A stretch of 64,000 nucleotides of DNA, taken from Paraspadella gotoi (Eukaryota > Animalia > Chaetognatha). The translations under genes were made by a program, and so were the position numbers. The notes below the pieces were generated by a model. That model was not told the DNA's origin, did no database searches, and saw nothing but the letters and a program-made list of their open reading frames with translations. Shown piece after piece: positions 1-13,335 of this stretch (positions are counted from its first letter, which is position 1; every line of letters starts with the position of its first letter). Where the stretch lies: assembly GCA_051294375.1 (NCBI GenBank), contig CM119268.1:11905585-11969584 (forward strand). The letters run 5' to 3'.

Positions 1-699
1 GCATACAGGGGGCCACCCAAAAACTAGGCAGTAAAAAAATTGCCTGCCCCTCGGGGCCGCCCCTGCAGAGCAACACCCCGGAGGGGGGCCGGCCCAGACA
101 CCGCCCCCGGGGGGAAGCGATTCTGAAGGATGACATACTTGACAAAAATCAACCTGACAATATAATAAAAATAATAATATCAAAACTGCCCTTTTTTTTA
201 TAAACAAACGGTCATAAACAAACGGTCTTAAAACCGTAGCAACCGAAGCAGCTGCCCCTGTCCTTCATCGACGTCGTTCTCCCTCTCGAGAAACCGGGCA
301 AGGTGAAACGCCGATATCGAATCCACGGCCGTCGGACGTCGAGCCCTTTTCTCTCTCTACGGTCACGCCCACACTCCGCCACGAGCGTCGATACAATCAC
401 AAAGGCAAAGTCGCCGATTCACACATCTCAGTAAAAATCTCGGTTTCACTTTGAAAATTAAATCTCCGCAGATTTTTCATTAAAATTCAGACGTGAATTT
501 TTAAAAATCTCCGCGTTTCACGCTCCACGCGGCCAAGTCAAGAAACTCGACTCGACGATGAAGGATGAAAGTTTTTTTTTGTTTCTGAAACTGAAATTAA
601 TCTCCAAGGTAACCGACTCGCGTCTCGAGGCCCTAAGGATAATATTCTTTGTGTGACAAACTAATTTCACGCACCACCCGCTTATTACATCGTCGCAGG

Positions 700-2946
700 T
701 NNNNNNNNNNNNNNNNNNNNNNNNNNNNNNNNNNNNNNNNNNNNNNNNNNNNNNNNNNNNNNNNNNNNNNNNNNNNNNNNNNNNNNNNNNNNNNNNNNNN
801 NNNNNNNNNNNNNNNNNNNNNNNNNNNNNNNNNNNNNNNNNNNNNNNNNNNNNNNNNNNNNNNNNNNNNNNNNNNNNNNNTTTTGTTCTCAGAAGACAAC
901 GGAATACAAAGCTTAAGCTTATTGTTTTTATTCTTTCTTATAACGGTCTAAAAAGGGCTTATTCGACTCAATTTTCTTTTTTAAATCCTTTTTCTTTCTC
1001 TTATCTAGTATAGTGATTTTCACATCATATTTAAGTCATTACTTAAGATTAGTTTTTCGCTTAGCCTTGAAACAAAACTGCACTCGACAATATAAAAAAT
1101 AATAATAATATCAAAACTGCCCTTTTTTTCTCAAAATTTACTTTAGACTAATTCATGTTTTCAAATTCTTTTAAAATAGTTATAAGCAAACTACTAATAT
1201 TTAATAAATAATATATACCGCCTCCCCCTTTTCTTATTGATCACGTCTCAAACGCCAAGGTGAGAAATATTGATGGGGTTTATCCATGGGGTGGTCCGTT
1301 CTCGTGTATCATTTATCGTTCATCATTTCCGGTTTGTCACTTCGGGATTAAGATAAAGGCGACGCGAGAGAAGAAGGTTGCCGTTTTGCTGAATATACGC
1401 ATTTTTTTCTCTCCGCTAAATCTCAAACTTGGCTTTTTGTGTAGTTATTTTGAATAATTTTATATAAAATAATTTAATAAATTAATAATTTTTTCGTTCC
1501 CTTTTTTTAAAATTTAGTATTTATGTCAAATATTCTTAGAAATATTCTTTGAAATATTATTCCACTTCATTGATAGGGAATGTCTATGAAAATTGTGTTA
1601 TACAACAAGCGCAATAATAAAAATCTATCCACGATTCATTTAATAAATTAAGCTAACTGTGTGAACACACCACTGAACATCTTGTAGATTTATGTCTCTT
1701 TGTTAGTGATGGAGTTTTTAAGTATTTTCCTCACATCTAAACTCTTCGATACATATTCGAATTAGATCGTGAATACGNNNNNNNNNNNNNNNNNNNNNNN
1801 NNNNNNNNNNNNNNNNNNNNNNNNNNNNNNNNNNNNNNNNNNNNNNNNNNNNNNNNNNNNNNNNNNNNNNNNNNNNNNNNNNNNNNNNNNNNNNNNNNNN
1901 NNNNNNNNNNNNNNNNNNNNNNNNNTCTCTCTCTCTCTCTCTCTCGCGCTCAACCCCAACACCCAAACCGCTGTGAAATAATTGCGGCATCAAAGGCAAC
2001 TGGTGCCATCGACTCATCATCGAGGCAGAAATCAAATTTAACCGTCGACACGGTGGGAACGTCGACGAAGACGACGACGACGACGACGACGACGACGACA
2101 ACGATCACGAAGGGATAACGATTCTTTCCGTAAAGTGAATAACGATTAAAAAAACACGACACGATTACTTCACATTAAAAGGCTAAAGAAATATATTAAT
2201 ACAGTTATGTAGAATAGAGAAAGGAAAGGAACATAAAGTTCACCTCTTAAATCATTTAACACAAAACTGGTAAGACTGAAAGACAATTGCAGTAAAACGA
2301 CGAAACGACAAATCAAGTTTACCCTATTGCAACGACATCAATGGCTTCTCATAGCGTATAACCGAAAGTTTCTCAATTACCGAAGCGATTTCGACAACGC
2401 AGCCATTAACAGCATTTCCGTCATTAACGACTCTCGCACCATACACGCCATCAATTTAAATAAACGTCGCGACAGCCAATGAGAAGCGGAGAAAAAACAA
2501 AAGGTTCGTCCAATCAGAACGCGGCTCACTATTTTTTTTTCCTGCGAGGTCGGTTTTGGACTTGGCGCCACCGCGAGACAGAGACAGAGAGAGAGGGAGA
2601 GGTACAGACAGAGACAGAGAGAGAGAGAGAGAGACAAAGAACAGAAATGATTCTTTTTTTGTTACAATTTTTCCTCTTCTCCCGTTTATCACCGTCCGTG
2701 ACAAGGGTTTTGTTTAAATCCTGTATTGCGCGAAACCTATGTGAAATTCACAGCCAGGGTAAATTCACAATGGAATTGTGAAAGGAGGGGAGGCGGCTTC
2801 TTGGCTCAAATTGAAAGTTATTTTTGGAGGTCATCGCGACGAAAAAAGTTAGATATGCAAATGAGGAGCTGTGATGACGTCAATTCGACACCCACGGACG
2901 AAGCACCTGTCCCTCGAATGTCCCATTTCTATTCCCTGACCCTCGT

Positions 2947-3007
<61 letters not shown>

Positions 3008-3413
3008 CCTATCTCAATTTTTTTTTCTCTCTCTGTCGTTCTCTATTAAGTCTCACGCTCATAATATAAAAGATATTCCCTTAGTACTTGCATGTCTTCA
3101 TACTTTTCCCCCCTTTCTCTAAATCAACCATGTCTTTTCCTCTTTTCTTTTCCTCTTTCTCCCCGTGCCAAAGAACAGGACCATAAAGAGCGATCTTGAC
3201 AAATTAACAATTTGCGGTTACGAGCCTTTACTCTTTTTTTCTTTTTAATGAAACTGTATTCAAGCTATTTTTTACAGTGAAATCCCAGTGGACAAAGTTT
3301 AAAGCCTCGGCGCCAGACAACAACGAGGAGGAAAGAAGGAAAGAAATTTTTTTAAAATAGAATTTATTAAAAAAAAGTTTAAAAAAAAGTAATTTATGAA
3401 AAGGATTTTATTT

Positions 3414-3462
<49 letters not shown>

Positions 3463-6400
3463 AAAAGCCGCATTCGTCCTCGCGAGGTTTTTTTTCTTTT
3501 TTTCTTTTTTCATTTTCATTTTTTCTTTTTTCTTTTTTATTTATTTTTTTTTAATAGCGAGATGTCCTTTTATTTCGTCATACGTTTTCATTACGCAATA
3601 CTAAGCGGACGTCGGATTTAATGATAATTCATTGGATGATTTCTCGTTAATGAGGATCGCGTCGGGGAAAAAGTATCGTGCGGCCGAATTTGTTAAAAAA
3701 TAGAACGTGGGAGGATGATAATTCCGCTCCTTTTTTACCAAATAGATAACGACGATGTGTTGTTGATTGATGTTGATGTTGATTTAATTAAAATTTGTTA
3801 AATTGATCAAGAGGAGGAAAACATTTTTTGGCGAAACTATCACTAATAGTCTCAGAAATATCTTGATTCTTGAAGAGCGACCGCAATAGTCACGTATTTT
3901 TTAGGAAAGAAAAGTGGAAAAATATATCTGCGTGGCACATTGCCCACATTCTCTACGAAGATTCGCGATTTCAGAATTTGCTACTAGTGAGGCGACAGTT
4001 TTTGATAATTTATATGTTTATAACTTTGTTAAATCAATTTTTGAAACCCTTCCCCCAATTTTTATTAACGTATAAAAAAAACCAAACTGCTTTTATAATT
4101 TTCCTTACTTGTCGTTTACATCAAACAGTAGAATCTTATCAAATCATCTCTAATTTCGTCGGAACTACGTAGTTCCAGGAACAAAAAAAAAACCCGAAAT
4201 AAAAAGAAAGAACATTCGTTTCGTAAACTCCCATTCGAAATCAATTTTAGCAAGCCTGGTCAAAAACAAAATTAAAAAAATTTGACATCGAACCATCCGA
4301 CGTTCAACGCCGTCTTGTCACCGGTAATCCTCGCAGTTTCCCCTAGTCCCCATACCCAGCCGCGCCTTCCGTACCCCCCCGTAACCGGCCCCCACTCGTC
4401 TTGACTGCCGCTACCAGGAATCCATAAACGTCGTTTTGTCTCTCAAACTTTTTCGGTCCCCGAATTATTGCTCTTCGCTCCAGTCGATTATTGTCGACAG
4501 ACTGAACCGTTCTGTCCGTTCCGTCCGTGTCCGTCTGTCCGTTCAAGTATCGACCCAGCATTCGTTTGGTCGTCTGTCGTACCGCCCTTTTGGCGTGTTT
4601 GCGAATTCCCTGTTTGCCGTCAGCACACTCTGCCCCGTGCTCTTCACTCTCTCATCTCTCTGCTATGCCCTCCTCTCTCTCTCTCTCTCTCTCTCTCTAC
4701 GATCTCACTCTCATCCTCTCCTCTCTCTCTCCGCTGTCGCGCCGACCGTCGTCCGGAGTCTTCACCGTGCCGCCGGACAGGGATTGTACCGGTTAATAAT
4801 GATGAAATCATTTTTTTGTTCAAAGAACCGCCCACCTTGACGTTTTGGAGACTAAGAGAGACTAGCAGACTAGAGAGAGAGAGAGAGAGAGAAGAGAGAG
4901 AGATGAGACGAGAGAGAGAGAGAGCAGAGAGAGAGAGAGAGAGAACAATCTCGTCCTTTACACATCAGAGTCCTGCACCGTTCGTTATTCGGAAAAGGCA
5001 AATAACGGAAAACTCTGTCGTTTGGAGTATACTTCTTGGTTGAAAAGAGCGCTTTAAATCTTAAAATAAAATATCTACTTAAGATTATATTGTAAGAAAA
5101 TTACTTCTGTGGTAACTTAAAAATTTCACAATTGGAAAACAAATTAAATTTCTGATATTTTAAAAAGAATCGAAACAAATGAACAGGATACTCTGACTCT
5201 ATTGTTGGTCTAACGACAAGCGACAACAAAGCACAACAGCCACGAGAAAAACCATTCTGACAAAGTCTAAGCTGAAATTTAAAGACCTTCGATTCCGCTT
5301 TTACTCCCTTTCTTCTGCTCTCTCGCTCTGCTCCTATATCTTCCTCTCTCTCATCTCTCGTCTCTCTCGTCTCTCTCTCTCTCTCTTCTCTCTCTGCTCT
5401 GTCTTTCTTACGTCATCTCTGTCCTCCTTATCGCCTTTCATTTTCTTCTCTGTACTTTACATTCTCGCATTGAAACTAATTCTGGCTCATGCTTCTATCT
5501 CGTCATTTTGTTTTACAAGGAATTTTCTATCTTATCTGTTGACATTACAACGCTTTTTTTTCCTTCTTTTTTAAATCCCTGTTTATCTCATGGGTAAAAA
5601 TCTATCCTCATCCTGATATCTTATTTCTTTTCTGCCTCTCTCTCTCGTCTCTCATCTCTTTCTCTCGTGCATCTTTCCTGCTCGTGCCTCTCTCTCATCT
5701 CATCTCTCTCTCATCTCCATGCTCTCTCTCATCTCTCTCTCTTCTCTTCTCATCGTCTCTTCTCTCTCTCTCTCTCTCCAACCTACGATGCTCTGCATTC
5801 GCGATAGTTCGTTTTCAATGCTTTCTTTCAATTTCATTTCATGCATGGAGGAATTGTGTGCGACTTATTTGTGATGCATTGAATTTTGTTTCAACTTAGA
5901 CGAGTTTTTTCCTACTGTGATGATTTTCGTCGTCGTCGTTTTTGTCGTCGTCGTCGTTAACAGGCTAGAATCTCATTTTCCTCATTTCCTATCGTAATAG
6001 TAGTCCCGCCATTGTCATAATTTTAGTAATCTTTTATATTTTAACTTAAAACTGATACCCCCCCAAAAAATATTGATGAACCAGAACTTTATCAATCTTC
6101 TCTTTTAAGGGGACGGTCCTCTTATTTCAAATCATTCACGATCTTTTTTTTTTCTTTCTTTCTTCCTCTTTTTATATTATTTTTTTTTTGATTGGAAGCA
6201 ATTTCGAGACTCAAGATCCGTCGGCGCAAAAATGACCCTTGAGATTTTTTCGCAACATATTCGAGATGCCCCACTTAGAGCGGGGAGTAAGAGGAGGAGG
6301 AGGAGAAGGAGGAGGAGGAGGAGGAGGANNNNNNNNNNNNNNNNNNNNNNNNNAGGAAGGGGAAATGGAGGAAAAAAGATGCAAGACAGAAACACTAGTA

Positions 6401-7714
6401 AAATACAGCTTAACACTTTTTTAGTTGATAGAAGAAGAACATAGGATAGAAAACGACAATACTATTCATTAAACATAAAATGTAGGTGAAAAGAAGAGCT
6501 GGAGAAGAAAAGAAAAGTCGATGGATTAACAAAATGAAGAAAAATAATAAAATAATGGAGTAAAAAAAAAAAAGAAAAACGTGACAAAAGAAACAGGAGA
6601 AAAGAAGAAGGAGAAATAATGACGAGTCTAAAACGATAAAATAGGGACACATCGCACAATATGGTAGAGGAAGACATAGGAAGAAAACGACATATATCTT
6701 AACATAAAATGTAGGTGAAAAGAAGAGCTGGAGAAGAAAAAGAAGTCGAATGGATTAACAAAATGNNNNNNNNNNNNNNNNNNNNNNNNNNNNNNNNNNN
6801 NNNNNNNNNNNNNNNNNNNNNNNNNNNNNNNNNNNNNNNNNNNNNNNNNNNNNNNNNNNNNNNNNNNNNNNNNNNNNNNNNNNNNNNNNNNNNNNNNNNN
6901 NNNNNNNNNNNNNNNNNNNNNNNNNNNNNNNNNNNNNNNNNNNNNNNNNNNNNNNNNNNNNNNNNNNNNNNNNNNNNNNNNNNNNNNNNNNNNNNNNNNN
7001 NNNNNNNNNNNNNNNNNNNNNNNNNNNNNNNNNNNNNNNNNNNNNNNNNNNNNNNNNNNNNNNNNNNNNAAATAGGACACAAAGGAGAGATAGGAGAAAA
7101 GATAAAAAACAATGAGAAATAGAGATAGAAAAAGAAAAAACAAAAGAAAAAGAAGAAAAAGAAAAAACAGAAGAAATAGAAGTAGAAAAAAACCGGAGAA
7201 AGAGAAGGGAAAAAAGATCAAAAAAAGGAGAAATAGAAGGAGAAAAAGAAGAAAACAAGGAGAAATAGAAGGAGAAAAAGAAGAAAACAAGGAGAAATAG
7301 AAGTAGAAAAAGAAGAAAACAAGGAGAAATAGAAGGAGAAAAAGAAGAAAACAAGGAGAAATAGAAGTAGAAAAAGAAGAAAACTAGGAGAAAGAGAAGT
7401 AGAAAGAGGGGAAAAAGAAAAAAAAAGAAAGGAACGACAGACGAGGAGGATTTCTAGTTGAAAGGGAAGGTCAATTGGCCGANNNNNNNNNNNNNNNNNN
7501 NNNNNNNNNNNNNNNNNNNNNNNNNNNNNNNNNNNNNNNNNNNNNNNNNNNNNNNNNNNNNNNNNNNNNNNNNNNNNNNNNNNNNNNNNNNNNNNNNNNN
7601 NNNNNNNNNNNNNNNNNNNNNNNNNNNNNNNNNNNNNNNNNNNNNNNNNNNNNNNNNNNNNNNNNNNNNNNNNNNNNNNNNNNNNNNNNNNNNNNNNNNN
7701 NNNNNNNNNNNNNN
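700..7714. other. Gap-rich, low-complexity region with no recognisable gene
   Basis: N runs at about 701-880, 1778-1924, 6329-6353, 6766-7068 and 7483-7714. (GA)n, (CT)n and (CGA)n tracts. Short duplicated blocks near gaps (156-198 vs 1086-1129; 6470-6535 vs 6700-6765). Confidence 0.7.
7227..7405. repeat. 32-bp purine-rich tandem repeat
   Basis: GGAGAAATAGAAG(G/T)AGAAAAAGAAGAAAACAA, about 5 copies. Confidence 0.85.
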
Positions 7715-9039
7715 TAAATTATTTTTTAAGTGTGGAACAAATTTCGATAGTTTATCTCTGAAATAATGTAATAAAAACATTTTTTTAAATTATTAAGCTT
7801 AAAATTCTTCTGCTGCATGCCCCAAATCCGAATCTTCATCCAAATACTTTTTTGCATATTCTCACGCTTCATCCTATTTAATTCAAAGTCTGACTTAATC
7901 TCGCTTTCAATTTCAAATCCGTTCGTTTTTTCGCGTAAAAGGTAAGTTAAGCAATCGGTTTGACTCTTCCTCTCCGGGGAATTCGACGAACGCTGTTCAG
8001 TGACCACCCAGCGCGCCAAAGTTGCCCTCGTCTTTTTCTTCCCGCAGCCACGCCCACGAATGGCCACGCCCTCTACGAGGGACACGCCTCTATACTTTCT
8101 CATCTGCGTAACAGTGAGAATTGGGTCATTCCTTTTTCATTCTTTCTTTTCTTTTCTTTGTTTTTCCCCCTTTTTTCCGTCTTATATTTTAATCTTTCTC
8201 CTTTGAATTCCATTTTTTTTCTCTTTTATTTTCTTTTTCGTCTGTTTTTCACTGCGAGTCAAAAGTGAGATCAACTTTATCGGAGAAAAAGAAAAAAAAA
8301 ACTTTGTTTTGGTGCGAGTGAATTATGTTGGTGGGGCGTGCGAGGGCGCTTCGTGCGAACATGGCGCCTGACCGCGTTGCACGCAGGTCGCCGATAAACG
8401 CCGATTTCTAGCGGCAGTGCCACCCGCGGTCGCAGCGGGCGTGATTTGACAAGACCGAAATGAGCTCCACCCCCTAACGCAGTATGAGGTGCTAGCCTCG
8501 GTGATTGAGCAATGAGCTTACAGATTATTAGCAGATGATTGAGTCGGATCATGACTCTGGCCATATTTTCTAAAAGATCTCCATTTCAGCTGAATTTAGT
8601 TTTAAGATTAGGTTATTAAGGTGTATTGGTAGGGGATAATGTTTAGGATTAGAGCTTAGGATTAAGGATTAAAATCAGGTATTATTGTTAGGGTTTGGAG
8701 AAAGCATTAAGTAATAGATGAAGGTTAGATCTTAAGTTTAGGGGCGCTTTCGGAAAATAATTCTCATGAATCTACCTTGAATAAAAACCAATCTTTGCGC
8801 AACATAGAAAGCAATGAGCCGTAAGTAATAAGGTGCCGAAGGAATATTAAGAAATGTCGCTTTCATGAGACTGAAGGTGCCAAACCTCAATTAAATCTGC
8901 GAGCCACCCTTGACGCCAACCGCCAAGTCGGCGTCAACTGGAGCAGGAGACAGGCGCAATTAATCTCATCCTCTCTCTTTCCTCTCTCCTCTCTCTCTCC
9001 TCTCCTCTCTCTCTCTCTCTCTTCTCTCTCTCTCGGCTC

Positions 9040-9072
<33 letters not shown>

Positions 9073-9340
9073 TGAAAATCCAGTCGGGGGCTGCTTCCAG
9101 ACGACAGGATGGCGTCTGGAAACGAAGGACCCGTCGTCGTCGTCATTGTGGTCGTCGTCTTCATTATCGTCGTCATCACTCGCGCTGGAGGTTCTTTTAT
9201 CGGAAATAACATAGACAGTCAGAGGAACATTTATCGGAAAAACTTTAAAAGTAATTGTTCTTTGAAAATATTTAGAACATCTACAACACAGTAAAACTAC
9301 CGGCCTCATTCTCATCTCTTTCTGGTCGAAACGACGAAAC

Positions 9341-9851
9341 CAGGGACGTGTAGAGGGGTGGACAATGGACACCCTACACAAAGCCGCGAGGCCCGGGATC
9401 CACGGGGACAATCCATTAAAATAAAAAATATATATATAAAAAGGAAAAAAAATATATTATTAGACATTGTGTGAATGCTTTCTTTCGTTGAGTTTTAGAA
9501 TTAGTTTGTGAGAATAAAATTTTTGTATTTTGTTTCGACTAAAAATTGTTGTTTGTAAACAAAATACAAAAAAAAAATATTATTAAAATTTTTTAAGGTC
9601 AATTAATAAATGAATATTATTGGTTCCAAACTTTGAATGCTTATATTAAAAAAAATTTAAAAAAATAGCATTAATTTTTTTTAAATTCTACAGATATAAC
9701 AATAAATGATTGTTTGTTTATGATAAGGCAGAATATAGAACTTTATTAACACTTTGCCTCATATTAACTAATTTCTTATAATGGAGAAATAATTCGAGGG
9801 GGCGACAAAAAAGATTTGTAGAGGGTCCCACCATTTTTCTACACGCCCCTG
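9341..9851. mobile_element. Non-autonomous hAT-like MITE (511 bp)
   Basis: TIRs CAGGGACGTGTAGA (9341-9354) and TCTACACGCCCCTG (9838-9851), 13/14 match. Flanked by an 8-bp target-site duplication GACGAAAC / GACGAGAC (7/8). AT-rich non-coding interior. CAGGG ends and 8-bp TSDs are typical of hAT. Confidence 0.75.
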
Positions 9852-9948
9852 GACGAGACACAATGTATACTTTTACGATTACGACCCCCGAAAACTAAGA
9901 CGTATCTCGGAATTAACCCCTGGATCCAACGTCATCCATTAACAGTCA

Positions 9949-9983
<35 letters not shown>

Positions 9984-11169
9984 TCTAACGAAAGTCCTAT
10001 CTCAAATTTCTGTTTTAATTGTTTTGCGAATTCGAAAGAAATTTCCGTTGTTTGCTTTCGAGTTAATCGCCCACGCAGGATTCGGACTGTGTGTGTGAAG
10101 GGATAAAAATATATATATATGCTACTTACTATATATACTTACTTACTATAAAGTTTTGCATTCAAGATAAAAATTTACAACAAAACTACTCAAAGAAAAA
10201 GAGTCTTCTAAGTTTTAACTATATTGATTTAAAGTAGTTAGTACATGATAAGAACGAAACAATTGAGACTCAACGACTCGTGTATAAAAACTATACGAAG
10301 ATATTACGAGTGCCTATTTTTAGACGGTTGGTATTGAGCCGTGTGACGACAAATACAATCCATTTCCCCCCCCCATTTCCCGATAAAATTATTCCATGAG
10401 AAATAATTCAAATACAATTCCGCTCCGACTCTCATAGTTAATTGATATTTCCTCTTCTTAACAACAAGTTTCGGAAGTTACAAGTTTCAAGTGCGCTACA
10501 AACAAATCTCTCAATTCGTTCACTCTCTCTCTCTCTCTCTTCATCCAAAAATGTCAAAAAATCCGAGGAACTTCGATTCTCTTTCCTCTTTTTATATACG
10601 ATCCATTACTAAATATAAAAAAAAAACAGCCATCCCGAATTTAGCCTGGGAAAAAAAATAGGAGATTTTATGCGCGATCACGAAGAGAAAACAAAATCCA
10701 AAGTGACGCTCTGCCAGGTGTGAAAAGGGGACGAGAGAGAGAGAGAGAGACAAAGACAGAAATATTTGCCGATGTTTGGATGACGAGGAATTATGCTAAG
10801 TAGAACTACAATTCGGCAGGATCTCCAAACCAAAACCTACTCAATGAAATCTTCATCAAGTTTTGGCGAGTATTTGGAAAATATTTGACCATAGATTGAA
10901 TCTCGCGTATTCGTTCACTAAATATATGTAAATGAAACCACGTATAAATTTTTAAAAAATACATATGAACGGGATTAAGAAAATTGGATAATGGATATCC
11001 GTAAATGAACTTGCTTCATACGCAGTTACGCACATTAATTATTTTCAGTCATTTTCCCGTCTGTCTCGATCATTCACGCGAAATAACGAAACATTGTTTT
11101 CCTAATTATTTAGGAGAATTCAAGATTACACGCTTATCATTGACACACTTTTCAGTTAGATCGAAGTTT

Positions 11170-11235
<66 letters not shown>

Positions 11236-12154
11236 TCTCTTCTCTCTCTCTCTCTTCTCTCATCTCTCTCACTCTTTCTTATTTCTCTTGTTCTCTCTCG
11301 GGTCACTCGAAGGCAGTTCTGTGTTCTTTTGTTTACCAATAAATGGGACGGAAACTTTTTAAAGATGTTTGTTGCCATCTGTAGATCCAGGCAACATTGC
11401 AAAACAAAATAACACCTTTCATTTACGAAAAAATACTACTACTATATACATATTTATATTAAATTTTTCTTTTCTTATCTATTAAAAAATCAGAAAATTA
11501 ATTTTGAAAGGTTTACTATATCAAAAAATTACAACTTTTTGTTTGTGAAATAATATTTAAAACAATCGAGAAAGAGTTTGATGTGCAAAAAATTAGTAGT
11601 AACTAATGGAGCTAACGATATTTGATATTTAATATTTTATATATTTTTGTTTGATATTTGATTTTTTTTTGTTTTTCTACTTGCAAACATTAATTTAAAT
11701 GACTTCGAAATGAAACCTTGGAAAGCCTTGTAACAGTAATTTGCAATCGTAAAACATTTATTTGATAGCTTATTTATAGAATGAATGGATAAGTTTTAAT
11801 TTGGTTGTACAAATTTCATACTAAATCCGTCCCAAAACCGAATCCGGATTTTGAAAAAAAAAAATCGAAACGGATCTTCCGCGAATCTCGGTGAACAGGT
11901 GCTACGAAATGTCACAGAAATGTTTTTCACTCGTCCTTTCAATCTTTTTGGCTGCTAAAACTTTTCATTCGCTAAAAGAGACAAAATATTATTTCGAATT
12001 CCTTTCTTTTCCAGTAATTTTTTTTTTTCAGTTGGCACTAAATCGAAATATATCGGAATTCAATTACTTTTACTTATATCTAATATCTATAAAATTCTTT
12101 CCTGGAAGTTACACATAACTCTCTCTCTCTCCTCTCCTCTCTCTCCTCTTCACT

Positions 12155-12230
<76 letters not shown>

Positions 12231-12624
12231 TCTGATTCTCGTGCCTCAATCGCAGCTTTTTTCCCCAAGAAACGCAGTCAGCGAAATCTTAATCCATGAC
12301 TTTTTCATGTTGGGATTCCATTTGCCAGCGGCCGACCAACCGATCAACGGACCAACGGACCAACCGACCAACCGAGATGCCGTCGATTCGATGAAGCAAA
12401 AAATTTGTACCAAATAAAATTCCAAGAATTTTTTCGGCACTTCTCTATTCATTAACAGAGGAATATATGCATAAAATTATATGTCATGCACGTCATGCAG
12501 CCAGAATAAAATCTCAATCGCGCATGACATGACTTCTAGACGGGACATTCTTGGCCGCATGACACGAAACGATTCGAAACGAAACGATAGCCAGGGAAAC
12601 AGAAAACAAATTCGAGCCCTGAAG

Positions 12625-12632
12625 TATAAAAA
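12625..12632 (+). promoter_or_regulatory. Candidate TATA box of the ninein-like gene
   Basis: TATAAAAA about 90 bp upstream of ATG 12719, just downstream of a CpG-richer stretch. AT-rich background lowers confidence. Confidence 0.35.
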
Positions 12633-12718
12633 GTAATACGACATCCAAAATATCTACATACGTGAATCGGAAAAGTCGGAGCAAAATTTAAAAAAATGAA
12701 ATAAACTTGGAGAAACAA

Positions 12719-13335
12719 ATGGATCGAAGGAAGGAAACTGTAGGTAAGTGTATTTGTTTTCCTTCTTAGCGAGGATTTATTTCGGTGCAAATAAAGTGAC
12801 AAGAAAAGTGGCAAATTGAACAAAGACATTGAATTTAAGTTTGTTATTTTAATTTGAATAAATTCATTCAATCTATTTAACTTATATTACCTATCCTGGT
12901 CAATCAGAAAGCCCCGAAGACGACCTTCAACTGGCTCAACTCCGCGAAGTCTTCGACGGATTCGACTCGACGGGATGCGGACGCCTCTCGACGAGCGAGT
13001 TGAGACGACTCTGCCGCGGCCTCGGCTTGGAGGATACGGCAGCCGCGGAGGTGGAGAGACTGCTGGAGAGAAGCGGGAGCGGAGAGAGCGATGGGAGGGT
13101 AAGTTAAAAAGAAAATGGCGGGAAGGTTACGAGTCTCATTCATTTACCCTGGCATCGAATCATGGATCGGGTTTATCACCAAAATAAATTAATTTAAAAA
13201 AAATAATTTGTTACAAAACCATAAATTTTCTCGACACACAGTTTGGGTTCGACTCGTTCAAAGAAGCCTTCGTCACCGTTCTCTCCAAGGCGATGGATTC
13301 GACAGAAAATTCCACCGAGGACGAAAACAAAGGAG
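12719..13335 (+). CDS. NINL: Ninein-like exons 1-3: start codon and first EF-hand pair
   Basis: MDRRKETV|ESPEDDLQLAQLREVFDGFDSTGCGRLSTSELRRLCRGLGLE...DGR|FGFDSFKEAFVTVLSKAM. Resembles ninein ARLKELFDSFDTTGTGSL...VHFDQFKEALILILSR. Donors G|GTAAG (12744), G|GTAAG (13099), G|GTGAG (13336). Confidence 0.88.

Noticed and set aside
6-65. CAGGGG...CCCCTG short inverted ends at the window start
   Set aside because: Only about 60 bp, weak TIR match and no demonstrable TSD; the left context is truncated.
2470-2520. Paired CCAAT boxes in a CpG-rich patch
   Set aside because: Plausible NF-Y promoter, but no gene could be linked to it and the motifs are too short to support a call alone.
8887-9411. Minus-strand 174-aa ORF with an acidic stretch
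   Set aside because: Spans a MITE end, (GAC)n and (GA)n repeats. A possible acceptor exists near 9194 but there is no convincing donor or homology.
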